From the NCBI GenBank assembly GCA_041690135.1, contig JAWLHY010000017.1, positions 32,001-96,000 on the forward strand: a stretch of DNA of 64,000 nucleotides, written 5' to 3'. The DNA comes from Armatimonadota bacterium (GTDB lineage Bacteria > Armatimonadota > SYMT01). The position numbers and the translations under genes were made by a program. The notes under the pieces were generated by a model, which searched no databases, was not told where the DNA came from, and was given only the letters and a program-made list of their open reading frames with translations. Shown one piece after another: positions 8,497 to 17,561 of the stretch (position 1 is the stretch's first letter; every line of letters begins with the position of its first letter).

Positions 8497-11325
8497 CTAG
8501 CGGATAGTGATGAAGTCATTATGGTTCAGAAGCACCAGTACAAGCATCTCCCGGGCTCGCTGCGCCGGGTCGGCGGAAGGCTTGCTGCCGTCCGCTGGCG
8601 CGGTGGCCGCGGTGGTGACGGTTTTTCCCGCTCCGGAGCGGCGCGCGGTGAGGTACTGGAGGCACTCCGAACGCTCGGCGGGGGAGGGGAGCCGAGAGAG
8701 GATCCGCTCGAAAGCCGTATGGATGAACCGTTGTTGATCGGCGCCTATCTGCTTTGTCAGGTCGCGGGCAAGAAGGCGAGATTGCACCAGCGCCAGCTCG
8801 CTGTTGGCCAGTGCCAGCGCCTGTTGGGGGACGATGGTCTCCTTCCGCATGTAGCACTCCAGTGGGTTTGGTCCGTCGAAGGTGCTAAGGAAGACCATCT
8901 CCTTTTCGGGAGCGTGGCGGAAGTAGAGACTTCGTCGCTTGACGGAAAGCCCCTGGTGTTGATCGATCTCCGGACCGCCCATCATCCGATCGAGTTGGCC
9001 CGCCACGTGAAGCACGTTATCCCGGACGATCTCCGCGTCCATTCGGAGGGAGTTCATTCGCCACAGGTACCGGTTATCCGGATCTTTCGCGAGGTTTGCG
9101 GTCTCCGGCGTCGAGGCCATCCGGTAGGTGTTGCTGGTGACGATCAGGCGGTGGAGGCGCTTCATGCTCCAGCCGAGGCCGCCGGTAGGAAAGTGGCCGG
9201 AAGTATTGACAATTGACAATTGCAAATTGGAAATTGCAAATTGTTCTCGCTCCCCAGCCCTCTGCCCCCTGCCCCCTTGAGAGGGGGGGATCGTAGCTGG
9301 CGTGGAGAACAAGGACGCCAAATAGTCCAACAACTCTGGGTGCGTGGGCGGGAGGCTGGCGCGGCCGAGGTCGGCGGGGTTGGGGGCCAGGCCTTTGCCG
9401 AAGTGGCGCAGCCAGATGTGATTGACGGCCGCGCGGGCGGTGAGGGGGTTCTGCGGGTTCACCAGCCACCGGGCAAAGGCGAGGCGGCGGCCTGTGCTCG
9501 TGGCGGGAAAGTTGGAGGTCACCCGGGGCTTGAAGGCCGTGGTGCCGGGGTCCTTCAGTTGTTTTTCGGCTGCCACCAGCGCCTTTTCCGCGACAGCGAG
9601 CGCGTCTTTCGCTTTCTTGAGCGCGTCCGGTTTCGCGGGCGGATTGGCCTTCTCCAGCTTGGCGAGGGCTTCCGTCGCCACCGCTTTGTTCAGGGCTGCT
9701 TCGGCGTGAGCCTGGCGCCGCTGTTGGACGACGGCGTCCTGCGCGGCTTGCTGCCACTCTTCGCTCACCCGCTGCCCCGCATCCTCCAGCGACTCCACCC
9801 GCAATACCGCATCGAGGGCGGCCTGGGCGGCTTCGGCGGCTTCCAGGCGCAGCCGGGCCATGGCGACCTTCTCCGGTGGTCCGCCATCTTCCACTTCCTT
9901 CAGCGCGGCCAGGACCCGTTCCGTGGAAGCGGCGCGGAGATCCCGGATCACGTGCGGCTGCTTCTCGGGTACGTGGGCCCAGAGGGGAAGCTCGACCGGC
10001 TCAACCTGCAGGCGGTCGCCCAGCGCTTCCGGCACTCCCGGCTGCAGGGGCGTGTCCTTCAATGGCTGGCGTTCGTCCCCCCGCACGTACAAGTAGGTGG
10101 GGGCGTCCAGCTTGGCATCGTAGGCGCGTGGCAGGCCGTCCTTCTTCGTGTCCGTCTCTCCGGGGACCCAGTCGGTGCGGACCTGGTGCGGCTCGAAGAT
10201 AGCGCGGAGCTGGTAGTACTCCTTTTGCGAGAGAGGATCGTACATGTGGTCGTGGCACCGAGCGCACCCCACCGTCAAGCCGAGGAACGCTTGCCCCGTG
10301 TGGTCCACCACGTCCTGCATCCACTTTTCCCGGCTCAGCAGCTTGTAATTGCGCACCAGGTAGCCGGTGCCCCGCAGGGCGTCCGCATCGGTCGGGTAGG
10401 CTTCGTCGGCGGCCAGCATCTCCACGACCATCCGGTCGTAGCCCTTGTCCCGGTTCAACGACTCGACGATCCAGTCGCGCCAGCGCCAGATGTGCGGCAG
10501 GCTGTCCCGAACCTGTTCTCCATAGCCGGTCCAGTCGCTGTAACGCCACACGTCCATCCAGTGCCGTCCCCAGCGCTCGCCGTATGCGGGGGAGGCCAGA
10601 AGGCGGTCCACGACCTTCTCATACGCGCTCGGTGAGGAGTCGGCCAGGAAAGCGCGCTGTTCTTCGGGCGTGGGTGAAAGGCCGATCAGGTCCAGGTAGA
10701 CCCGGCGCAGGAGTACGGCCTTGGGGGCTGGCGGACGCGGCTTCAGCCCCCGGCGCTCGTGCTCCGCGGCCACAAAGGCGTCGATTGGGCTGCGCACCCA
10801 GGAAGCGTTCTTGACCTTGGGGACTGCCGGTCGCCGGACGGGCTGGAAGGGCCGCCAGCGATAGGTGCTCGCATAGGCGGCGAACCGCGTCATGGTCTTG
10901 CCGTACCCGGCCAGTTCCTTGGGGCTCGGGCGGTCGGTCGGATCGCCAGGGCGGTGGCCGGTGAGGATCTCGGTCCGGTTCGGGACCCCGTCGCCGTCGC
11001 TGTCTTGTCCACCCACCGCGCGCAGCCGGGTGCTGAAGTCGGTCGCCTTGCCCGCCTGACGCAGTTCCTCCAGCACGGCGGCGAGCCGCTTGCCGAACGG
11101 GTTGTGGGGGAGATCGGCGAGGGACTCGGGAGCCTTGCCGGTGGTCGAGGGAAGATGGCAGGTTCCGCACTGGTTAAGGCGGCCCGCCAGAAAGGTCCCG
11201 TAGTGCTCGCCCAGCGACTTCAGATGCATCGGCTTGGCGTCGGCCCGTTCGGCGGGTGCCAGCGTCAGGAGGGCACCCGCGGCAACCAGGGCAAGATGCA
11301 GGGATGGACGGAACTTTGTGACCAT
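8497..11325 (-). CDS. DUF1549/DUF1553 (PSD1) exported c-type cytochrome-like protein
   Basis: Signal peptide; CGTCH and CARCHDH motifs; LLRRVYLDLIGL, YGERWGRHWMDVWRY, GRRLAFARWL, HPELLDYLA, PQQAL; usual partner of DUF1501. Confidence 0.93.
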   Translation of the reverse strand: MVTKFRPSLHLALVAAGALLTLAPAERADAKPMHLKSLGEHYGTFLAGRLNQCGTCHLPSTTGKAPESLADLPHNPFGKRLAAVLEELRQAGKATDFSTRLRAVGGQDSDGDGVPNRTEILTGHRPGDPTDRPSPKELAGYGKTMTRFAAYASTYRWRPFQPVRRPAVPKVKNASWVRSPIDAFVAAEHERRGLKPRPPAPKAVLLRRVYLDLIGLSPTPEEQRAFLADSSPSAYEKVVDRLLASPAYGERWGRHWMDVWRYSDWTGYGEQVRDSLPHIWRWRDWIVESLNRDKGYDRMVVEMLAADEAYPTDADALRGTGYLVRNYKLLSREKWMQDVVDHTGQAFLGLTVGCARCHDHMYDPLSQKEYYQLRAIFEPHQVRTDWVPGETDTKKDGLPRAYDAKLDAPTYLYVRGDERQPLKDTPLQPGVPEALGDRLQVEPVELPLWAHVPEKQPHVIRDLRAASTERVLAALKEVEDGGPPEKVAMARLRLEAAEAAQAALDAVLRVESLEDAGQRVSEEWQQAAQDAVVQQRRQAHAEAALNKAVATEALAKLEKANPPAKPDALKKAKDALAVAEKALVAAEKQLKDPGTTAFKPRVTSNFPATSTGRRLAFARWLVNPQNPLTARAAVNHIWLRHFGKGLAPNPADLGRASLPPTHPELLDYLASLFSTPATIPPSQGGRGQRAGEREQFAISNLQLSIVNTSGHFPTGGLGWSMKRLHRLIVTSNTYRMASTPETANLAKDPDNRYLWRMNSLRMDAEIVRDNVLHVAGQLDRMMGGPEIDQHQGLSVKRRSLYFRHAPEKEMVFLSTFDGPNPLECYMRKETIVPQQALALANSELALVQSRLLARDLTKQIGADQQRFIHTAFERILSRLPSPAERSECLQYLTARRSGAGKTVTTAATAPADGSKPSADPAQRAREMLVLVLLNHNDFITIR
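9205..9287. repeat. 7-bp tandem arrays plus hairpin inside DUF1553 gene
   Basis: attgaca attgaca attgcaa attggaa attgcaa attg (9205-9243); ctcgctc cccagcc ctctgcc ccctgcc (9246-9273); ccccct-tgag-aggggg (9272-9287). Confidence 0.85.
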
Positions 11326-11461
11326 GAACTCTCCGCGGTAGCTATTGGATCCAGACAGTTGTGAGGTCCGAGGTTCAGGGATGTTGCGCCAAAGGACAGC
11401 GGCAACCGCGGCAGGTGCGCAGAGATCGGTGGGACCGCATCACAGCGGAGCGGACCCACTC

Positions 11462-12922
11462 TCAGTTGCGTCGTACGAGCAGGGAGAGCCAGCCGGGAAG
11501 GTCCTGTTCTTCTGCGGGCGCGGCGGGGAGTGGGAGCGCCTTGGGGTCCATTGTCGCGGGTCCGGACGGCCGGGGCAAGTTCATGCTGTCCGGAGTAGGA
11601 GCGCTTGCCGGAATTGGAACGTTCCACAGCCCGGCGGAAGCCTCTTCCAGAAAGCGGAGGGCCTCCGTCATTTCCCGCCGCAACTCCGGATCGCGTTCGC
11701 GCCGGATAGCCTGCTCGAGGTCGCCGACAAGGGTGCCGACAGCGGGATGAGGAGACGTTTCGGCGATTCTGGACGCTGTGCGCACTGTCGCGAGACGGGT
11801 TTCCGAGTTCCTGCTGCGAAGTGCGCTTGCGAGAACTGGAAGTGCCGCAATGCCTGCTGCCGCGAGTGTGAATGCTGTTTCCTCGCGCAGTTCTCTCCTC
11901 TCCATCGCCCGTGCGATCGCCGCCGCGACTCGCTGGTTGGTAAGGAAAGCTGCGAGAATCCGAACGGCGAGATGGGCGACTTCGGGTTCGTCGTCCAGGG
12001 CTCGGACGAGAGCTGTGAGGGCGGGTTCGGCTTTTCGACCCATCTCCAGTAGGGCTCCGGCCGCATTCCGCCGTACCACCGAATCGGAATCCGAGAGGGC
12101 TTTTGCGAGAGCACGAACGGCGGACGCCGCTTCCGGCCCGATCCTTCCCAGTGCGTGGGCTGCTGCCCTCCGCAGTTCCGTGTCACGGTCCCGAAGCGCG
12201 CGCGCCAGAAGCGGCGCTGCCGGTGCGGCCGCGGGGCCGATTCCTCCCAGAGCGAAGACTGCCTCGCGCTGCATCCGTGGGTCCGGGTCGCGCACCGCTC
12301 GGCGCAGGGCGTCTACTGAGGAACTGGCGGCGGGACCGATCATGCCCAGGGCGCGCGCTGCTTCTCGTCGTACGTTCTCGTCGGGATCCGCGAGTAGGCT
12401 TGCAAGTTGCGGAGCGGCCGGAGCAGCTACGGGGCCGATGCCTGCCAGAGCCTTGGCCGCACTTTCTCGCAGGCGTTCAGCCGGACTGGTGAGCGCCAGG
12501 ATGAGAGCCGGAATGGCTGGCGCCGCTTCCGGTCCGATGCCGCCAAGCGCTTCCGCGGCAGTCGCGGCCATTCGCCATTGAGCGTCATCCAGCACGCCGG
12601 CAAGTGCTCCTACCGCCGGCGCGGCCGCTGGCCCCAGTTGCAACAGCGCTTCGGCGGTTGACCAGCGCACCTGGAGGTCGGGATCGCTGAGACTTCGCGC
12701 CAGCGCGTGGACCGCGGGTGCAGCCGCTGGGCCGAGATGGCGTAGGGCCATGGCGGCGGCACAGCGCACGCTGGCGTGGGGATGCGAGAGTGCGCCGGCG
12801 AGCGCCTGAGCCGCCGGCGCTGCATCGCTTCCCATTCGGCCGAGGGCCTGCGCAGCCTGGGTGCGTTCATCCGGATTTCCGGTTTGTAGACGGTGAACGT
12901 GATCGGCGAGGGTGAGTCTCAA
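11462..12922 (-). CDS. HEAT/PBS-lyase-like repeat protein
   Basis: About ten repeats of consensus VRxxAAxALGxIGPAAAPAVxALxxALxDxD; Pro-rich tail. Confidence 0.9.
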   Translation of the reverse strand: MRLTLADHVHRLQTGNPDERTQAAQALGRMGSDAAPAAQALAGALSHPHASVRCAAAMALRHLGPAAAPAVHALARSLSDPDLQVRWSTAEALLQLGPAAAPAVGALAGVLDDAQWRMAATAAEALGGIGPEAAPAIPALILALTSPAERLRESAAKALAGIGPVAAPAAPQLASLLADPDENVRREAARALGMIGPAASSSVDALRRAVRDPDPRMQREAVFALGGIGPAAAPAAPLLARALRDRDTELRRAAAHALGRIGPEAASAVRALAKALSDSDSVVRRNAAGALLEMGRKAEPALTALVRALDDEPEVAHLAVRILAAFLTNQRVAAAIARAMERRELREETAFTLAAAGIAALPVLASALRSRNSETRLATVRTASRIAETSPHPAVGTLVGDLEQAIRRERDPELRREMTEALRFLEEASAGLWNVPIPASAPTPDSMNLPRPSGPATMDPKALPLPAAPAEEQDLPGWLSLLVRRN

Positions 12923-13013
12923 CTCGCGGTCTCAGTGAATGGAAGTGCCGCGCGCACTTCCCAGGGAACCGGGCTCGTCTCTTGCGCGCGAGAATGCTCT
13001 TCTATACCCACGA

Positions 13014-13566
13014 CTAAGACCGTGCGCCAGCGGATTTCAGCAGTTTTTCCATGGCGCTATCACGGTTCGTGCGCGCAATCGCCAGCGGCGTCTTGCCTTC
13101 GGGACCGCTCACGTTCGGGTTCGCTTTCCGTTGCAGCAGCATCCGCGCGACGGAATGGTCCCCTTGTTCCACGGCGATGAGGAGCGGCGTATATCCCTCT
13201 TCGTCTCGGGCGTCCGCCGGCGCGCCGCTCCGGAGCAAGAGGCGGACCAATTCCGGGTCCCCCTCGGCCGAGTAGGCGGCTCCGTGGAGTGGGGTCCACC
13301 CTCCTTTCGCGCGTGCGTCAACGCCCACCCGGCACCAATGGTTCGAACTCCGGCGCCGGGAGGAGGGCCGCAAGCATCAACGGGGTGAGCCCGTCACGGC
13401 CCGGAGCCTGGAGATCTGCGCCTTTCTCCACCAGCAGCAAGATCAATTCGGGACTCACGTACTCGTTCAGCCCCATCCCGGCTATGGCGAGGTGGAGCGG
13501 GCTCATTCCACTTCGTGGTCGCACCCGCACGTCCGCGCCCTTCTGAACGAGCAGCGTCCGACCCAT
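13014..13566 (-). pseudogene. Frameshifted ankyrin-repeat gene (ORFs 13318-13566 and 13014-13373)
   Basis: SPLHLA/TPLMLAA repeats in one frame continue as TPLHGAA/TPLLIAV/TPLAIA in another; shift near 13330-13345. Confidence 0.75.
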
Positions 13567-13632
13567 GAGTGTTACCCTCCCACTGCTTTCGAGGGCTGTG
13601 GGTCGGAAACGTTGCGCGTTATTGAATGAGTT

Positions 13633-15261
13633 TCAGTCGAGGAAACGGTTGAGCACGTTGGCGGTGATGCGGGAGACGTTCTCGTCCACCCAAATCGTGG
13701 CGGTGTACGTGATTGAGCCGACGGAGAAAGCGGCCCCGCCACTCGCGGTTTCGTGATAGACGATCTCGGCGCCGCCTTCGTCCCGGTTGATCCCCTTGGC
13801 CAGGCGCACCGTTCCCGGGGGGCTGCTGGGGCTCATCTTGTCGGTCTCGTGACCGGAGGCGCCGCCGCTGATCCGCTCCTGGAGGGAGGCTTCCCCGAAG
13901 AGGTCCCCGTTCCGAAGCCCGGTGCCTTCAAAGATCCAGTGGGAGGCATCTTCCACCCGGTAGGGGGCGGCGGTCATGATACCGGTCTCGGTGCAGACCA
14001 CTCCGAGCAGGCAGGCCTCGGATTCCACCCGGCGGGCGAACCGGCTTTCATACTGGATGCTGGGATCTTCCGGGTCCATCGGGCCGAGCGCTCCGCCTTT
14101 ACTGAGGAGTTGGGTGTTGCAGCGCATCTTCAGGTCGTCGCCATCCTCGTACAACTCGACCTCGCAATTGATTCCGTTGCCGCCCAGGTACATCAGCTTG
14201 CCGCCGCGGTTGAAGACCCAGTCCTTCACCTGCTCGTACATTTTCCGGGTCCAGTACTCGGGGTGGACCTGGATGATGAGCACCTGGTAGGCGTCGAGAT
14301 CGATCTCCCCGAAGTGGAGGTGGGCCTCCGAGTAGAGGTCGTAGGCATAGCCTTCCCGCTCCATCCACCCCAGCAGGCGCCACTCCGCGGGGGCGAGGTG
14401 GCACTCCTGACGGCCCCGGATCGGATCGGTGATCCGGGCGTTCGGCGGCACCTGGTTGTTCGGCTCCGGCCGCTCGAAGGAGATAGGTTGATACGCCGCA
14501 TCCCGCTCGCGCCATTCGCCGAAGGAGCCGCCCCGGTAGCGGGCGAGATCCTGGCGACCGTTCACCGTGGGCTGCGGTGGGAGATAGGGACCGTTGATGT
14601 AGTTGCTCCGGCCGCCGAAGTTATTGTAGGCGTTCCAGTTGTTGGTGGAGGCGAGGACGGCGATCTTGGCCGAGGGCCGGGCGGGCGCGACGACCCAGGG
14701 GAAACTGAAGAACTCGCCGGTATCGGTTTCGGCGTGGAAGTAGTACAGGCCGGAACGCTCCGGGGCAATGGCCATCTGTGTGTGATGCGGACTGCCGTAG
14801 CCGACCTTGTTCCAACGCACGCCCGTCTGCGTGTAGTCGCCGTCCGGAGTGATCTGCATCGCTGCGAGGGGACCGTGCTCGTCGAACCAGCCGTAGAGTT
14901 TCACGAATTCCACGTCCTGGCCGTAGCGCCAGAGGCTGAGGCGGTAGGGCTCGACGGAATGGACCCGGAACTCGCCGCGCTCGCCCGTTCGGGCCCACTT
15001 GGGCCAGACGTAGCCCAGCAGCCGGTTGGCGAGGAGGCGGAACTGGTAAGGTTCGCCGCTCCCGACCGTGAGATCCACGCTCTTCGGCCCGTAGCCTTCC
15101 TTGAAGAGGGTAACGCGGTAGTCGCCGGGTTCCAGGTCGGCGTATACCCCGCCCCGAGGAGAGGAATGTACCACGGTCACCATCTCGCCGTCCCGCTGGA
15201 ACTCCAGCGCCACGTCCGCCAGCGCCACATAGCGCTCATCGCTCACAAATCCTACCAGCAT
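13633..15261 (-). CDS. N,N-dimethylformamidase large(beta)-subunit-like protein with N-terminal carboxypeptidase-regulatory-like domain
   Basis: SGLYY, TNNWNAYNNFGGRSNY, ISFERP, WMEREGY, HPEYWT, LMYLGGN, GHETD, FSVGSI motifs. ATG 15261 with AGGAG upstream. Confidence 0.8.
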   Translation of the reverse strand: MLVGFVSDERYVALADVALEFQRDGEMVTVVHSSPRGGVYADLEPGDYRVTLFKEGYGPKSVDLTVGSGEPYQFRLLANRLLGYVWPKWARTGERGEFRVHSVEPYRLSLWRYGQDVEFVKLYGWFDEHGPLAAMQITPDGDYTQTGVRWNKVGYGSPHHTQMAIAPERSGLYYFHAETDTGEFFSFPWVVAPARPSAKIAVLASTNNWNAYNNFGGRSNYINGPYLPPQPTVNGRQDLARYRGGSFGEWRERDAAYQPISFERPEPNNQVPPNARITDPIRGRQECHLAPAEWRLLGWMEREGYAYDLYSEAHLHFGEIDLDAYQVLIIQVHPEYWTRKMYEQVKDWVFNRGGKLMYLGGNGINCEVELYEDGDDLKMRCNTQLLSKGGALGPMDPEDPSIQYESRFARRVESEACLLGVVCTETGIMTAAPYRVEDASHWIFEGTGLRNGDLFGEASLQERISGGASGHETDKMSPSSPPGTVRLAKGINRDEGGAEIVYHETASGGAAFSVGSITYTATIWVDENVSRITANVLNRFLD

Positions 15262-15518
15262 GCCCCTGACTCCTTTCCGGTATCCAGTTCGCCGCGTGGA
15301 TCGCATTTCCTCATCAGACCTCGCGAAAGCCGATAGGAGTATCACGACCAGGCGCCATGGGTTAAAGGCCGCAGCCCGTGACCGGTCCCCCTCGGACTCA
15401 CATCCGTGGCTGACGGACCGAAGTCCCACCCAAGGGGTGCCCGGCGTGGACTCGGAACCGGCCATACGCAGAGGAAAGGTGCGTTTCACCGATCCATTTC
15501 CGTAACACCGACCGTAAC

Positions 15519-15556
15519 ACTGAAGCCCCTGCACCGGTGGGTGCAGGGGCTTCAGT
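15519..15556. terminator. Perfect 17-bp stem hairpin downstream of flotillin gene (terminator or REP-like)
   Basis: actgaagcccctgcacc-ggtg-ggtgcaggggcttcagt; no U-tract, so the terminator role is uncertain. Confidence 0.6.
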
Positions 15557-15594
15557 TCCGGGTTTACGCCCGACCTTCTGGAGACGCTGGGGTG

Positions 15595-17493
15595 TTACGC
15601 GCCGGCGGAGGCGGCGGGCCCGTCGCCGGACGGGTCGCTGTCGACCTGGGGCCGCGTCGCCGGGACGACCGCCGCGGTTACCGTTGCCTCGGTCTTCGGC
15701 GGGGCCGCATGCCCGTTGCCGGAGCGAGCCCGCAGGAACTCTTCGAGAACGTCCGTTGCCTGGGGGCCCAGCGTGGACAGCAGTTCCTGAATCGGGGCCG
15801 GCAGCGACTTCAGCAAGCCATCCAGCTTGTTGCTGAAGCCCATGCCCTGCGTGTACTGGCTGAACATCGTCGACATCGTGGTCGGATCGCCGTAGATGTT
15901 GTAGTTGCCCTTCGACATGAACTGTCCGAGGGCCGCCGCCAGGGCCATCTGCACTTCCTTGTCCGCTTCGATGCGGAGCTTGGCCGTTTCGAATTCGATG
16001 GCGGCACGGTCGAAGGTCTGGCGGTTCTCCAGCGCCTTGCGCTCGACTTCCACGCGGGCCTGCTCGACGTTGACTCGCTCGCGCTCGACGTTGACTTCCA
16101 CCAGGCGCTGCGCCTGCTCGCCCTGCGCGACCATCTCCTTGGCGCGGGCTTCCGCTTCCGCGAGCTTCAGCCGCGCCTGGGCTTCCAGGTCGGCCGACTT
16201 CTGCGAGGCTTCCGCCTTTTTGATCTCGGCGAAAGCGGCGACCTGCGCCTCTGTCTCGCGCTTGATCCGCTCTTGCTCGATGACCTGCTTGGCCCCAATG
16301 AGCTTGGTTTGCGCTTCGCGCTCCGCCTGGGCAGTGGCCTGGACGGTCACGATCTCCTGGTTGGCGCGTTCCCGCTCGGCCTGGGCCGCGAGAGCCTCCC
16401 GCTCCGCCCGCGCTCGCGCGGCCTCGGCTTCGGCCACGGCAATCTGCTTTTGGCGTTCAGCGAGTTCGACGGCCTTCATGCGCTCGATATCGGTCTGCTC
16501 GCGTTCCTGTTGGCGCCGGATGAGCGTTTGCTCTCGTTCGATGTTCGCCGATTCGATCGCGAGGTCTCGGGCGATCTCCGCCTGGCGTACCGCTTGCTCC
16601 TGGGAGACGGAGAACGCCTGTTTCTCCCGGGCACGTTCGGACTGGATATTGGCAACGTCGCGCTCCTGGTTGGCGACCGCCTCGGCGCGCTGCCGCTCCA
16701 ACTCCAAGACCTGCTGGCGCGTGACCACATCCTGCTGCGTGATCTGCTGCTCCGCCATCCGCTCCAGGCGGTTCCGCTCGACGCGGGCCGCGGCAGTGAT
16801 CTCGGTGATCTTCTTCTTGCCCTGGGCGTCGAAGATGTTCTCATCCGAGAGGCCGCGGGGGTCCGTCTGGTCGAGGCGGGAGATCGTCACGGTCTCCAGC
16901 AGCAGGCCATTCTGCTGGAGTTCCTCGGAGACGAGTTCCTGAACGCCGCTGGCGAAATTCTTCCGATCGGAGTGGATCTCCGCCAGGTCCTTCTGGGCCG
17001 CCACGGAGCGCAGGGCCGACACCAGCTTTTCGAATACCAGGGTGCCGACCGCTTTCGCGTCCACGGACTTGTGTCCCAGGGAGCGGGCGGCCTGCAGGAC
17101 GTCTTCTTCCGTGGGGTTCACGCGAATGTAGAATTCCGCCTTGACATCGACCCGCAGGTTGTCCTGGGTAATCAAGGCGTCCTGATCCATTCGCTCCACT
17201 TCGAGCTTCATCGTTTCCAGGGACACCGGCGCCACCTGGTGCATGACGGGCCAGACAAACAGGCCGCCGTTCAGTGCCACCTGGGCATTGCCCCAGCCTG
17301 TCCGAACGAGAGCCTCACTGGCCGAGGCCCGCCGGAATACGCAAAACAATGAGGTGACGAGACCGACTACGGCTACCACACTCCCAATGCCGGATGCGGC
17401 AAGACCGGGCACTCCCATGGTCGCCGCCACACCGGTGAAACCCGCTATGATCATCACCACGCCGACGATGATCAGCGCAAACCCAAACAACAT
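15595..17493 (-). CDS. Flotillin/SPFH-domain membrane protein (YqiK-like)
   Basis: N-terminal TM segments; LITQDNLRVDVKAEFYIRV, GLLLETVTISRLDQT, NIFDAQG; long A/E/Q/R coiled coil. Confidence 0.92.
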   Translation of the reverse strand: MLFGFALIIVGVVMIIAGFTGVAATMGVPGLAASGIGSVVAVVGLVTSLFCVFRRASASEALVRTGWGNAQVALNGGLFVWPVMHQVAPVSLETMKLEVERMDQDALITQDNLRVDVKAEFYIRVNPTEEDVLQAARSLGHKSVDAKAVGTLVFEKLVSALRSVAAQKDLAEIHSDRKNFASGVQELVSEELQQNGLLLETVTISRLDQTDPRGLSDENIFDAQGKKKITEITAAARVERNRLERMAEQQITQQDVVTRQQVLELERQRAEAVANQERDVANIQSERAREKQAFSVSQEQAVRQAEIARDLAIESANIEREQTLIRRQQEREQTDIERMKAVELAERQKQIAVAEAEAARARAEREALAAQAERERANQEIVTVQATAQAEREAQTKLIGAKQVIEQERIKRETEAQVAAFAEIKKAEASQKSADLEAQARLKLAEAEARAKEMVAQGEQAQRLVEVNVERERVNVEQARVEVERKALENRQTFDRAAIEFETAKLRIEADKEVQMALAAALGQFMSKGNYNIYGDPTTMSTMFSQYTQGMGFSNKLDGLLKSLPAPIQELLSTLGPQATDVLEEFLRARSGNGHAAPPKTEATVTAAVVPATRPQVDSDPSGDGPAASAGA

Positions 17494-17561
17494 CTCCGTT
17501 CTCCTCTCCGGATCGCAGGATCCGGGTCTACGAACGCTTACTCGCCCACTAAGGATACGAT

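Noticed and set aside
11900-12900. Roughly 100-bp periodicity
   Set aside because: Explained by HEAT-repeat coding.
9220-17352. Long plus-strand ORFs 9220-10635, 13753-15336, 15406-17352
   Set aside because: Each mirrors a well-supported minus-strand gene and has shadow-like composition.
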